The notes beneath the pieces are model-generated. The model was not told the origin of the DNA. It saw only the letters and a program-made list of their open reading frames with translations, and did no database searches. A stretch of DNA of 27,793 bases from Flavitalea sp. Lineage in GTDB: Bacteria > Bacteroidota > Bacteroidia > Chitinophagales > Chitinophagaceae. The stretch lies in assembly GCA_040007215.1 (NCBI GenBank), contig JBDTVL010000001.1:1-27793 (forward strand). The letters run 5' to 3'. Shown piece after piece: positions 1-9,889 of the stretch; positions within the stretch are counted from its first letter, which is position 1, and the number at the start of each line of letters is the position of its first letter. The position numbers and the translations under genes were made by a program.

Positions 1-1257
1 AGCTGGAAGGAAGCTTACGATATATTATCTTCTACCAATAATTTCCCTGAGTTCACCGGGCGTATCTGCCCAGCCCCCTGTGAAAGCAGTTGCGTGCTGG
101 GTATCAATCAGCCCCCGGTGGCAATAGAAGAAATTGAAAAGCATATTATCGAGATCGCATTCGAAAAAGGATTTGTAAAAGCGCATAAGCCTAACCTGCG
201 TACAGGCAAAAAAATTGCGGTAGTGGGATCGGGGCCTGCGGGCATGGCGGCTGCCGCTCAACTGAACCAGGCCGGCCATTCAGTTACCGTATTTGAAAGA
301 GACGATGCTCCCGGGGGTTTATTACGGTATGGCATACCCGATTTCAAACTCGAAAAATGGGTTATCGACAGGCGTATAGCTATACTGGAAGAAGAAGGCG
401 TGATATTTACCTGCAATGCGGAAGTGGGCGTTAACATCAGCGTCAGTGATCTGCAGAGACAGTTTCATGCTATTGTACTGACCGGTGGATCAACCATTCC
501 CCGCGACCTTAAAGTGGCCGGAAGAGAATTGAATGGCGTTCATTATGCCATGGATTTCCTGAAGCAACAGAATAAAAGAGTGAGTGGACTGATGGCGAAT
601 ACCAAACAGGATCCTATCCTGGCCGCCGGAAAACAGGTGGTGGTAATTGGCGGCGGCGATACCGGTTCCGATTGCGTGGGCACTTCTAACCGGCAGGGCG
701 CCAGTTCGGTGTTGCAGTTTGAATTATTGCCAAAACCTCCCGAGTCCAGAACGGCGTTGATGCCCTGGCCAACCTTTCCGATGGTGCTGAAAACATCTAG
801 CTCGCATGATGAAGGCTGCGAACGTCAGTGGGCAGTAGCCACCAAGGCGTTTGTCGGCGATGAAAGAGGAAACCTGAAATCCCTTAAAGTGGTAGACCTG
901 GAATGGAAAAGTTCTGAACCAGGCAAGCCTGCCCAGTTTACGGAAAGGCCAGGAAGCGAGCGCGAAATTCCCTGCGAGCTGGCGCTGCTGGCGATGGGTT
1001 TTATTCATCCCCAGCATCATGGGCTGATTGGCGACCTGTCTGTTGAACTGGATGAAAGAGGAAATGTGCGCGCTTCTGAAAAATCTTACCAAACCAGTAT
1101 TCCCAAAGTATTTGCCGCTGGCGATATGCGCCGAGGGCAATCATTGGTGGTATGGGCGATCAGTGAAGGAAGGGAATGCGCCAGAAAGGTAGATGAGTTT
1201 TTAGTGGGCTCATCTATATTAGAAACCAAAGACAATAGTCTGATGCTCACGCTCTGA
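1..1257 (+). CDS. gltD: Glutamate synthase small (beta) subunit, 5'-truncated by the window edge
   Basis: Frame 1 is open from base 1 (SWKEAYDILSSTNNFPEFTGRICPAPCESSCVLGIN, the Fe-S region of GltD). It also has the VVGSGPAG and VIGGGDTGSDC dinucleotide-binding motifs and the C-terminal FAAGDMRRGQSLVVWAISEGR. The ORF-track start at 94 is internal. Confidence 0.96.
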   Translation, partial: SWKEAYDILSSTNNFPEFTGRICPAPCESSCVLGINQPPVAIEEIEKHIIEIAFEKGFVKAHKPNLRTGKKIAVVGSGPAGMAAAAQLNQAGHSVTVFERDDAPGGLLRYGIPDFKLEKWVIDRRIAILEEEGVIFTCNAEVGVNISVSDLQRQFHAIVLTGGSTIPRDLKVAGRELNGVHYAMDFLKQQNKRVSGLMANTKQDPILAAGKQVVVIGGGDTGSDCVGTSNRQGASSVLQFELLPKPPESRTALMPWPTFPMVLKTSSSHDEGCERQWAVATKAFVGDERGNLKSLKVVDLEWKSSEPGKPAQFTERPGSEREIPCELALLAMGFIHPQHHGLIGDLSVELDERGNVRASEKSYQTSIPKVFAAGDMRRGQSLVVWAISEGRECARKVDEFLVGSSILETKDNSLMLTL

Positions 1258-1282
1258 GTGGTCGGTATTATATAATATTCGT

Positions 1283-1316
1283 AAAAGAGGAGGCTTTCGA
1301 AGCTTCCTCTTTTTTT
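1283..1316 (+). terminator. Intrinsic terminator after gltD (probably bidirectional)
   Basis: AAAAGAGGAGGCTT-TCG-AAGCTTCCTCTTTT stem with one G-U pair, followed by a T run. Confidence 0.85.
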
Positions 1317-1647
1317 GTGCGTGGTAACCAGTTTTTAACCTTTTTGGGTGTTTTTGCGAAACAAAAGAGACTTGTGGATAATGAGTTTAAAAAATTAAAA
1401 TAATTGAGAGAGCGTTTATTTTCAAGAATTTTCTAAATAAACAGGACTTTTAGTAAAGACCTTCTAATGATTGACGTTACCATTATGGTTAATTATAATA
1501 AATTTCAAAAAACTCTCATTCTTTATATAATATTAGATATAATAATATACGACTATGTAAAATTATTGTTAATGGAAATTAACTATTTTTAGAAAACAAT
1601 ATCACATTATTGTTTTTTTGAATATTAACAACTAAAATCGAAACGGT

Positions 1648-3081
1648 ATGAGTAAATTGACCTTCAAACAAATTGCGCCATTCACGGTGCTGGTAATTGT
1701 TGCCCTCCTGGCAATGTTCGTGAAACCTGAGGCGGACTACGTTCCCGGTCCTGCAGACCCTCAGTACAGTTCTTCCGACATGGCCTGGGTACTGGTATCT
1801 ACCGCTTTGGTATTTTTAATGACGCCCGGACTTGCATTCTTTTATGGCGGTATGGTTCACCGCAAAAACGTTATTTCTACCATGATCAAAAGCGTGGTAG
1901 CTGCCGGCGTTGTTGGCGTACTATGGATCACCGTAGGTTTCAGTCTTTGCTTTGGCGAATCATGGCACGGACTGATTGGTAACCCTACCACCTATCTGTT
2001 CTACCAGGGGGTTAAATCGGGAGCCGCCTGGCCACTCGCAAACACCATTCCGTTAACCCTGTTTTCCTTATTCCAGCTGATGTTTGCGATCATTACCCCA
2101 GGACTGGTAGTAGGAGCTGTAGCAGAACGTATACGTTTTACTTCTTACATCCTTTTCATCGCTTTATTCAGTTTGCTGGTCTATGCTCCTCTGGCGCATT
2201 GGTCATGGCATCCGGAAGGATTCCTCGCTAAAATGGGCGCATGGGATTTTGCAGGAGGCACGGTAGTGCACATCTCTGCAGGTTGCGCCGCTCTTGCCGG
2301 AGCCCTGGTCCTGAAAAGAAGAAAATCGCATATTGAAAAAAGAGAAATACCGCCAGCCAATGTACCTTATGTACTGATCGGAACCGGTTTGCTTTGGTTC
2401 GGCTGGTTTGGTTTCAACGCAGGTTCTGCAGTAGGCGCTACTCCTCTTGCCGTTAATGCATTCGGAACAACCAATACTGCCGCAGCCGCAGCAGGTCTGG
2501 CCTGGATGTTCTTTGACGTGGTAAAAGGTAAAAAACCTTCTGTACTCGGATTCTGTATTGGCGCTGTCGTAGGACTAGTAGCCATTACTCCCGCTGCAGG
2601 TTTTGTTGGTATTCCACAGAGTATTATTATAGGCGTTGTTGGAGCCCTGGTGTCTAATTTCGCAGTTAGCCTGAAACAGAAATCATCTCTCGATGATACG
2701 CTGGATGTATTCCCTTGCCATGGTATTGGCGGTATGGTTGGTATGCTGCTCACTGGCGTATTTGCCAACCAAATGGTTCATGGTATCAAAGACGGTCCTC
2801 AGGGATGGTTCTACGGTAATTTCCCTTTCTTTCTTATACAGTTGAAAGCAATGACTATCGTTGCGGTTTACGCTTTCAGCGTATCGTGGCTGATCTTTAA
2901 ATTCATTAATTTCATGTTACCGCTTCGCGTTACTTCTGAAGAAGAAGAACTGGGACTTGATTCAACGCAGCATGATGAAAAATACCTTCAGGGTACGCTG
3001 CTGGTTACTCCTGGATCAGGAATTAACGGAAGACTTAAAGAGTCTGATGTAGAAAAAGGCGCTGAAGTAGTTAACTTCTAG
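1648..3081 (+). CDS. amt: Ammonium transporter (Amt/Mep/Rh family)
   Basis: Family motifs MTPGLAFFYGG, DFAGGTVVHISAG, LLWFGWFGFNAGS, DDTLDVFPCHGIGG (twin-His pair intact) and the C-terminal EEELGLD. Confidence 0.96.
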   Translation: MSKLTFKQIAPFTVLVIVALLAMFVKPEADYVPGPADPQYSSSDMAWVLVSTALVFLMTPGLAFFYGGMVHRKNVISTMIKSVVAAGVVGVLWITVGFSLCFGESWHGLIGNPTTYLFYQGVKSGAAWPLANTIPLTLFSLFQLMFAIITPGLVVGAVAERIRFTSYILFIALFSLLVYAPLAHWSWHPEGFLAKMGAWDFAGGTVVHISAGCAALAGALVLKRRKSHIEKREIPPANVPYVLIGTGLLWFGWFGFNAGSAVGATPLAVNAFGTTNTAAAAAGLAWMFFDVVKGKKPSVLGFCIGAVVGLVAITPAAGFVGIPQSIIIGVVGALVSNFAVSLKQKSSLDDTLDVFPCHGIGGMVGMLLTGVFANQMVHGIKDGPQGWFYGNFPFFLIQLKAMTIVAVYAFSVSWLIFKFINFMLPLRVTSEEEELGLDSTQHDEKYLQGTLLVTPGSGINGRLKESDVEKGAEVVNF

Positions 3082-3167
3082 TTGTCGTTCACGAAGACCA
3101 AATGAATCTTTCCCTTAATTAACTAAATACCTGATACGTATTTGATTCCCTCTCCAATTTAATGCAC

Positions 3168-3231
3168 AGAAAAGGTACAGCCGGTTGATGAACTTCTGAT
3201 ACAGGTTCAACGGCCGTACCCTTTCTTTTTT
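3168..3231 (+). terminator. Long imperfect hairpin plus U-tract between amt and the porin gene
   Basis: AGAAAAGGTAC..GCCG..TGAAC pairs with GTTCA..CGGC..GTACCCTTTCT and is followed by TTTTT, about 20 nt before the porin ATG. Confidence 0.6.
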
Positions 3232-3251
3232 AACACTTAAAAACTATAGCA

Positions 3252-4340
3252 ATGTTTCAAAAATTTTTTGCAACAGGCATGGCCCTGGTATGCTTTGCCG
3301 GGGCGTATGCCCAGGATTCCACAGTTGTCGCGGCAGAAGATCCCGCTCCAAAACCGCCTATGTTTTCCGGATCGGTAGACGCATATTACAGGTTCAATTT
3401 TGCGAATGCGAAAAACGTAGGCGTTAAAGGAGCTACTAATAATTACACCAGTTTTACCAACTCGCAGAATTCTTTCGAACTGGGTATGGCTTCGGTTAAA
3501 TTCGAACATTCTATTGGAAAAGTAAGCGTGGTGGCTGATCTCGGTTTTGGTAAGCGCGCGCAGGAATTTTCTTATGCCGATGAAGGCGAAGGCTCGTTGC
3601 TGGCTGTAAAGCAGGCTTATATCAGTTATGCTCCTTCAGAACATGTAAAGTTTTCGGCTGGTAGCTGGGGCACGCATGTTGGTTATGAATTGGTGGATCC
3701 TCAGCTTAACCGTAATTACAGTATGAGCTACATGTTCTCTTATGGTCCATTCCTGCATACCGGTTTTAAGGCTGACTTCACTTTTGGTAAAAGCGGCTTC
3801 ATGCTTGGCGTTGCCAACCCTACCGATTTCAAATCGGCTAATTTCACCCAGAAAATGATGCTGGCCCAATACAGCCTTGCCGCCAGCGATAAAGTAAAGA
3901 TCTTCATTAATTACGTAGGAGGTAAAACCGATAACGATAATAAACTGCACCAGTTTGATGCTGTGGTCACCGGAACTATCACCGATAAGTTCAGCATCGG
4001 GTATAACGGTACTGTTCAGACGAGAAAGTCGCGCAGCGCTGGTTCTGAATATGGAGATGGAGCTGCCTGGTGGGGATCGGCCCTTTATCTTAACGTTGAT
4101 CCTGTTCCAGGTTTTGGCTTAACGCTGAGAGGTGAATATATTAATGACAAGAAAGATATTCTTGGATTTGACGGTAATATTTTTGCCACTACGCTCTCGG
4201 CCAATTTCAGGGTGGGTCCGCTGGTCATCATTCCTGAATTAAGGGTAGATAGCGGAAGCAAGGAAATATTTGTAAAAGATACCGGCGCAGGCACAAAAAG
4301 CACAGGTACATTCCTCGTGGCCGCTGTATACAAATTCTAA
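3252..4340 (+). CDS. Outer-membrane beta-barrel porin (OmpL-like/bbp2-type), amt-associated
   Basis: Signal peptide (MFQKFFATGMALVCFAGAYA), SGSVDAYYRFNF start, THVGYE/NRNYSMSYMFSYGPF motifs, alternating amphipathic strands and a C-terminal aromatic residue (YKF). The family is assigned from recalled motif resemblance. Confidence 0.75.
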   Translation: MFQKFFATGMALVCFAGAYAQDSTVVAAEDPAPKPPMFSGSVDAYYRFNFANAKNVGVKGATNNYTSFTNSQNSFELGMASVKFEHSIGKVSVVADLGFGKRAQEFSYADEGEGSLLAVKQAYISYAPSEHVKFSAGSWGTHVGYELVDPQLNRNYSMSYMFSYGPFLHTGFKADFTFGKSGFMLGVANPTDFKSANFTQKMMLAQYSLAASDKVKIFINYVGGKTDNDNKLHQFDAVVTGTITDKFSIGYNGTVQTRKSRSAGSEYGDGAAWWGSALYLNVDPVPGFGLTLRGEYINDKKDILGFDGNIFATTLSANFRVGPLVIIPELRVDSGSKEIFVKDTGAGTKSTGTFLVAAVYKF

Positions 4341-4415
4341 CCAATCACTGCAACGAATACTTTGCTAACTATGCTATAAAGCCAAAACTTCCTGCATAAA
4401 CTATGTTCGTGAATA

Positions 4416-4458
4416 TTCAAAAAAAGGGAGCGCTCAAAAGGCGCTTTCTTTTTTTGAA
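4416..4458. terminator. Bidirectional intrinsic terminator between the convergent porin and ppc genes
   Basis: TTCAAAAAAAGGGAGCGC-TCAAAAG-GCGCTTTCTTTTTTTGAA, with A and T runs on both flanks. Confidence 0.85.
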
Positions 4459-4461
4459 ATA

Positions 4462-7041
4462 TTATACTGAATTCCTTCCTGCGTTGATGATGCCGAAGGA
4501 GCTCCTGATCACCAGCTTCTCGTAGGTTTCCTTAAGTCCGTTAGCGGTTTTCTGTTCTTCAATATCCCTGATCTTTGAAAGCGCATATTGCTGAATGGTA
4601 GTAAGCGGAAGTACGATCTTCTCCCTCATATTGATAGAGATCTGTTCAACAGGGTAATCGGCCATCAGTTCAGTCTTCCCCGATAGCAGGCATAAATACC
4701 GCTCCGTCAGTTCATATTCCTGGTAGATCATATTGTATAGTCCGCCATATCTCGGATGGCGCGACAGGTATTCCGTTAATGGAAAGAAACATTTTTTCAT
4801 TGCCATTTCACAGTTATCCATAAGCGTTTTGAAGAACATGGAACGCTGGTAAAGATGTTTTACCGCCGCCCATTTACCTGTCTTTTCCAGGCGCTGCAGC
4901 GCAGTGCCAACGCCATAATAGCCGGTCACGTTTTGTTTTAGCTGGCTCCACGCGCCCACATAGGGGATAGCGCGAAGATCTTTTAAAGAAAACTTTGCCG
5001 AACTGCCGCGTTTGGAAGGGCGGCTGCCGATATTGGTCTCGCCATAAAACCTCAGGGGACTCACATGCGCCAGGTAATCGACAAAATCAGGATGATTTTT
5101 GAGTTCTATATAGGAGGTAAAACTTTCTTCCGCCAGTTCTTCCAGTAAAGTTTCTTCATCTTTTTCCAGGGTTACCGATTTTTTGGAGAACAATGCATTC
5201 GATATCCCGGCATTGATCAGTTGTTCAATATTGAATTGAGCCGAATCGATGGTGCCGAAATTAGAGCTTACGGTTTGTCCCTGTATCGTCAGTTGTATCT
5301 CTTCATTCGAAATATTTTTTCCCATCGATGCATAGAACTTATGTGTTTTGCCTCCGCCACGGGCCGGGGGCCCGCCTCTTCCGTCAAAGAAAACAACATC
5401 TACCTTAAACTCCCTGGATAATTGGGTAAGTTCTTCTTTTGCCTTATATATACTCCAGTTGGCCATGAAATAGCCTCCATCTTTGGTTCCGTCGGAGAAG
5501 CCAAGCATAATGGTCTGCCGTGTTTTGCGGTATTTAAGGTGCCGCATATATTCTTTATTGGCATACAGTTGTTTCATAATGCCGCCTGCATTGCGCAGAT
5601 CTTCCACCGTTTCAAAAAGAGGAATAATATCAATATTGATCTCATTCTTCTTCCATCCGCAAAGCAGGAACAGCCCGAATACTTCCAGCACATTTAGCGC
5701 GCTGTTGCACTGGCTGATGATATAACGGTTACATCCTTCAGGGCCGTTATACTGCTGTATATTCTGTATAGCCTTGATCGATTGGATCGTGTCGCTGATC
5801 ATGCTGTCTTCATAACCTTCATGCGGGATATCGTCCTGTACATGCGTCAGTAGTTCCATCTTTTTTTCGGCGTCGAGCGAAGCATAATCATTGGGTAGCG
5901 CCGCTTCTTTCATGGAAATAGCTTCCAGCGCTTTACTGTGCACCGTACTTTCCTGCCTGATATCCAACGAAGCAAAATGCAGTCCGAATACATGTACTTT
6001 ACTGATCAGGTTATCGACGAGGTGTTGAAAAAGACCATTGTGCTGGTAGGTGAGAATATCTCTTATCCTGAGCAGCGAATCCAGTATGCTTTCCCTGGTC
6101 AGCGCCGTTCGCTGACCAGGAATAAAGATGTTATTGTAGAGTTGTTTTTCAAGGTCGGCCAGTATGGTATCCACGCCTTTGAAAGTGAGTCGTCTTTTCA
6201 GTCGACGTACATCCAGGTAATAACATTTGATAATGCCTCCGCGTAAGGCATCAGCTACTTTAAGGGTGGTGTCTACGGTAACATTTGGATTGCCATCCCT
6301 GTCGCCTCCGGGCCAGAAACCCATATTGATAATGGGGTTGTCCTGTGTAAGCGCTTGTGGAAACTGGCTTTTGATAAAAGAGATGATCTTGCCTGCGGCG
6401 GAATAAAAAACATTTTCAAGGTACCAGCAAAGGCTCATTGCTTCATCGTAAGGGGTTGGTTTTTCCTTGTTCAGGAAAGGCGTTTTTCCCAACTGCTGCA
6501 GGTAGGTATTAATCTTGCCTGCATTGTTTTCCTGCAGGGCCCTGGAAAGGTCATTGATGATGCCAAGCACAGCGCCGGGGTAAAATTGGGTAGGGTGCGC
6601 CGTTAATACCAGTCTAATGGCAAAATTGTGTAGTTTTTCATAGAGTTCATCCTGCTTTGACTGCTGGATCACTTCCAGTTCGAGCTGTTTCAGCGAACCT
6701 ACGCCGCTCATATCATTGATATCGCGAAACGCAGCGTCTTCCAGGGCGTCAAACAGCACTACCTGCCTTTCAATAAACTGTATAAAGCGGAATAACAGGT
6801 CCAGTTTGTCCGACTCATTGATATAGGAAGTATGTTTTTGAAAAAATTCCTGGATGATCTGGTCGGGGCTTTGTTTCTTTTTATAACCTTCCTCACAATT
6901 GTTCAATAACAGCGATAACAGGATGCCTGTTTTTTCGATCCGGTGAAAAGGGAGAGAGGTAAACAGGCTGTTGTACAACTGGTACTTTAAGCCAACCGCA
7001 TTCTTAAATTGATGTAAACCTTTACTAGACTGGTGATCCAT
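4462..7041 (-). CDS. ppc: Phosphoenolpyruvate carboxylase
   Basis: VLTAHPTQ, GGDRDGNP, MLGFSDGTKDGG, FFDGRGGPPARGGG, TIQGQ, LRAIPYV and the C-terminal RNSV motif. Confidence 0.96.
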   Translation of the reverse strand: MDHQSSKGLHQFKNAVGLKYQLYNSLFTSLPFHRIEKTGILLSLLLNNCEEGYKKKQSPDQIIQEFFQKHTSYINESDKLDLLFRFIQFIERQVVLFDALEDAAFRDINDMSGVGSLKQLELEVIQQSKQDELYEKLHNFAIRLVLTAHPTQFYPGAVLGIINDLSRALQENNAGKINTYLQQLGKTPFLNKEKPTPYDEAMSLCWYLENVFYSAAGKIISFIKSQFPQALTQDNPIINMGFWPGGDRDGNPNVTVDTTLKVADALRGGIIKCYYLDVRRLKRRLTFKGVDTILADLEKQLYNNIFIPGQRTALTRESILDSLLRIRDILTYQHNGLFQHLVDNLISKVHVFGLHFASLDIRQESTVHSKALEAISMKEAALPNDYASLDAEKKMELLTHVQDDIPHEGYEDSMISDTIQSIKAIQNIQQYNGPEGCNRYIISQCNSALNVLEVFGLFLLCGWKKNEINIDIIPLFETVEDLRNAGGIMKQLYANKEYMRHLKYRKTRQTIMLGFSDGTKDGGYFMANWSIYKAKEELTQLSREFKVDVVFFDGRGGPPARGGGKTHKFYASMGKNISNEEIQLTIQGQTVSSNFGTIDSAQFNIEQLINAGISNALFSKKSVTLEKDEETLLEELAEESFTSYIELKNHPDFVDYLAHVSPLRFYGETNIGSRPSKRGSSAKFSLKDLRAIPYVGAWSQLKQNVTGYYGVGTALQRLEKTGKWAAVKHLYQRSMFFKTLMDNCEMAMKKCFFPLTEYLSRHPRYGGLYNMIYQEYELTERYLCLLSGKTELMADYPVEQISINMREKIVLPLTTIQQYALSKIRDIEEQKTANGLKETYEKLVIRSSFGIINAGRNSV

Positions 7042-7161
7042 TAGTTCATTGATTAAATAAAGTGGCTAAAAATATCCAATAGGCATGCTCAAACAGGGCT
7101 TGAAAATAATTCATTTTTGCCGAAAATGAGAAAGGGATGCGTTTATTTAGCGTCTTTTACA

Positions 7162-7169
7162 TATCTTAG
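7162..7169 (+). promoter_or_regulatory. Candidate Bacteroidota -7 element (TATCTTAG, a TAnnTTAG variant) for the thr leader/operon
   Basis: One mismatch to TAnnTTTG, 13 nt upstream of the leader ATG. No convincing -33 element. Confidence 0.4.
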
Positions 7170-7182
7170 CTCCTTCTTAAAA

Positions 7183-7275
7183 ATGATATACCTGGTCAAC
7201 CATATTATTTTTTCTTCTCCCGTAGCTTCTAAGGCTAATGGCGGTATTATTATTACGTCTTCAACAACCCGTTAA
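7183..7275 (+). CDS. Putative thr operon leader peptide (30 aa, MIYLVNHIIFSSPVASKANGGIIITSSTTR)
   Basis: Translated by hand. The C-terminal IIITSSTT cluster lies directly upstream of thrA, and the hairpin CAACCC-GTTAA-GGGTTG (7265-7281) overlaps the last codons and stop. Confidence 0.6.
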   Translation: MIYLVNHIIFSSPVASKANGGIIITSSTTR

Positions 7276-7359
7276 GGGTTGAGTTATTTACATATAATCA
7301 TTGGGCCTAGGCTGACATTATCAAACAGGTAAATAATCGTTATACTCAATTCAAGAAAT

Positions 7360-9804
7360 ATGCAGGTTTTAAAGTTTGGCGGCACTTCTGTCGCCAATGC
7401 AGAGAATATCAATAAAGTAATCAGTATAGTAAAAAAGGCGGCGGAAAAGGACAGAACAATTCTGGTGGTTTCAGCATTTGGCGGCGTTACAGATAAACTG
7501 ATCGCCAGCGCCACGCTTGCCGCCGATGGCGACGAATCGTACAAGGAACATCTTTCCATTATAGAAAACAGGCATCTGACGGCTGTTCAGCAGCTCATCC
7601 CGGTATCGCGCCAGAGCAGCGTACTGAGCGCTGTAAAGAAGCAATGCAATGAAATAGAAGATATCTGCAATGGCATCTTCCTGTTGCGCGAACTGTCGCC
7701 CCGCACTAAAGACAGGGTGGTAAGTTTTGGCGAATTGTTATCCTCCCGCATTATATCGGCAAAATTTGTTGCCGATGGCATTGAGAATGAATGGAAGGAT
7801 TCGCGTGAGCTGATCCGGACCGATGGTCATTTCGGGAATGCAAAAGTTGATTTTGACATCAGCAATCGCCAGATCAGCGATTTTTTTAACGGCTCCTCCC
7901 AGAACCTTTTTGTGCTTCCGGGTTTTATCTCTTCCGGTCCCGGTAATGCAATCACAACGCTGGGACGCGGCGGTTCTGATTATACGGCAGCGATTGTAGC
8001 GGCGGCGCTGGAAGCCGGTTCGCTGGAAATATGGACCGATGTATCGGGTATCATGACAGCCGACCCCAGCCATGTTATAAATGCAAGAGTAATTCCGCAT
8101 ATTTCTTACCAGGAAGCTATGGAGCTTTCTCATTTTGGCGCCAAAGTGATCTACCCGCCCACTATACAGCCCGTACTGAAAAAGAATATCCCTGTCTGGG
8201 TGAAAAATACTTTCGCGCCTTCCGATGAAGGCACGCTAATAGATAATACCGTATCAAGAAACGGAAATATCATCCGCGGTATTTCCAGTATTAATAAAAT
8301 TGCGCTTCTCGGCCTGGAAGGCGGCGGCATGGTAGGTATTCCCGGCTTCTCCAAGCGATTGTTTGAAGCGCTTGCCAATGATAAGATCAATGTGATCATG
8401 ATCACCCAGGGTTCTTCCGAGCATTCTATCTGCGTTGGCGTTGATGAAGCTGAAGCGGAAAGAGCCAGGGAATCTGTCGATAAGGCTTTCAGCCAGGAAA
8501 TAACGGCCGGCCAGGTAGATCCGCTGATTGTGGAAACGCGTCTTTCCGTAGTGGCTCTGGTGGGCGATAATATGAAAAATCATCCGGGTATCAGCGGTAA
8601 GATGTTTGGCGCGCTGGGCAGGAATGGCATTAATGTAAGGGCTATTGCCCAGGGTTCTTCCGAAAGAAATATCTCTGCGGTCATTTACCAGTCGGACGTT
8701 AAAAAGGCCGTGAATGTATTACACGAAGAGTTTTTTGAAACAACCTTTAAGCAGGTCAATCTATTCATTACGGGAGTAGGTAATGTGGGTAGCCGCCTGA
8801 TCGGACAGTTGCTGCAGCAGAAAAAATACCTGGAAGATCAACTGCGCTTACAGGTAAGGGTGGTAGGGATGGCCAACAGCAAGAAAATGCTGTTCAACGA
8901 TGATGGTATTAATCTGCTGACCTGGAAAGAGGACCTCGAAAAGGGCAGCGCTATGAACCTGCAGGAATTCCTGAAGATCGTTCCCTCGCGCAACCTCCGC
9001 AATTCTCTTTTTGCAGATGTTACCGCCAATGCAGAAGTGGCTGCTTCCTACGATAAATTGTTGTCGAAAAGCGTATCTATTGTGGCCTGCAATAAAGTAG
9101 CCTGCTCTTCATCCTATCAATATTACAAGAGTCTTAAAGAACTGTCGAGAGAGTATAATGTGTCTTTTTTGTTTGAAACAAATGTGGGCGCAGGGCTACC
9201 GGTTATAGGTACCCTGAACGATCTTTTACGCAGCGGCGACAAGGTGAATAAGATCCAGGCCGTATTAAGCGGAACGCTGAACTTTGTATTCAACAATTAC
9301 GACGGTAAAACAAGTTTTGCAGAAGTGGTGAGGCAGGCGCAGGAAGAAGGCTATACCGAACCTGATCCAAGGCTCGACCTCAGCGGAACAGATGTAATGC
9401 GCAAGATCATGATCCTGGCCCGGGAAGCCGGCGAACAGATCGAGATGGCTGATATTTCCAATGAAACCTTCATGCCTGCATCGTGCATGACCGGCGATGT
9501 GGAGAATTTTTATAAGGAAATGGCTAAAGAAGAAGCGCATTTTAAAAAGTTGTATAAAAAAGCGGCAGATGCTGGAACAAAGCTGAAATTCGTGGCCATT
9601 TATGAAAATGGTAAAGCGGCGGTAGGTTTGCAGCAGATCGATCCGCAACACGATTTTTATCATCTCTATGGCAAGGATAACGTAGTGTTGTTTTACACCG
9701 ACAGGTATAATGATCAGCCCCTTGTAATAAAAGGAGCGGGAGCAGGAGCGGAAGTAACGGCATCCGGCGTATTTGCCGATATTATCAGGGCCTCACGTTT
9801 ATAG
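7360..9804 (+). CDS. thrA: Bifunctional aspartate kinase / homoserine dehydrogenase I
   Basis: N-terminal KFGGTS, LGRGGSDYTAA, WTDVSGIMTADP, two ACT regions, then GVGNVG, FETNVGAGLP, GYTEPDPRLDLSG and GAGAGAEVTASGV. Confidence 0.96.
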   Translation: MQVLKFGGTSVANAENINKVISIVKKAAEKDRTILVVSAFGGVTDKLIASATLAADGDESYKEHLSIIENRHLTAVQQLIPVSRQSSVLSAVKKQCNEIEDICNGIFLLRELSPRTKDRVVSFGELLSSRIISAKFVADGIENEWKDSRELIRTDGHFGNAKVDFDISNRQISDFFNGSSQNLFVLPGFISSGPGNAITTLGRGGSDYTAAIVAAALEAGSLEIWTDVSGIMTADPSHVINARVIPHISYQEAMELSHFGAKVIYPPTIQPVLKKNIPVWVKNTFAPSDEGTLIDNTVSRNGNIIRGISSINKIALLGLEGGGMVGIPGFSKRLFEALANDKINVIMITQGSSEHSICVGVDEAEAERARESVDKAFSQEITAGQVDPLIVETRLSVVALVGDNMKNHPGISGKMFGALGRNGINVRAIAQGSSERNISAVIYQSDVKKAVNVLHEEFFETTFKQVNLFITGVGNVGSRLIGQLLQQKKYLEDQLRLQVRVVGMANSKKMLFNDDGINLLTWKEDLEKGSAMNLQEFLKIVPSRNLRNSLFADVTANAEVAASYDKLLSKSVSIVACNKVACSSSYQYYKSLKELSREYNVSFLFETNVGAGLPVIGTLNDLLRSGDKVNKIQAVLSGTLNFVFNNYDGKTSFAEVVRQAQEEGYTEPDPRLDLSGTDVMRKIMILAREAGEQIEMADISNETFMPASCMTGDVENFYKEMAKEEAHFKKLYKKAADAGTKLKFVAIYENGKAAVGLQQIDPQHDFYHLYGKDNVVLFYTDRYNDQPLVIKGAGAGAEVTASGVFADIIRASRL

Positions 9805-9889
9805 ATAAACGAATATCGCGTTCCTGGCTGAACGAAGAAAATAAAAAGAAAAAGGACCGGTATAATGGCGGGTTATAAAAAATAAATGG

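Noticed and set aside
1467-1592. 41-aa Ile/Tyr/Asn-rich ORF upstream of amt (MIDVTIMVNYNKFQKTLILYIILDIIIYDYVKLLLMEINYF)
   Set aside because: The composition is what very AT-rich DNA produces. There is no Gln/Glu cluster or other logical link to nitrogen sensing.
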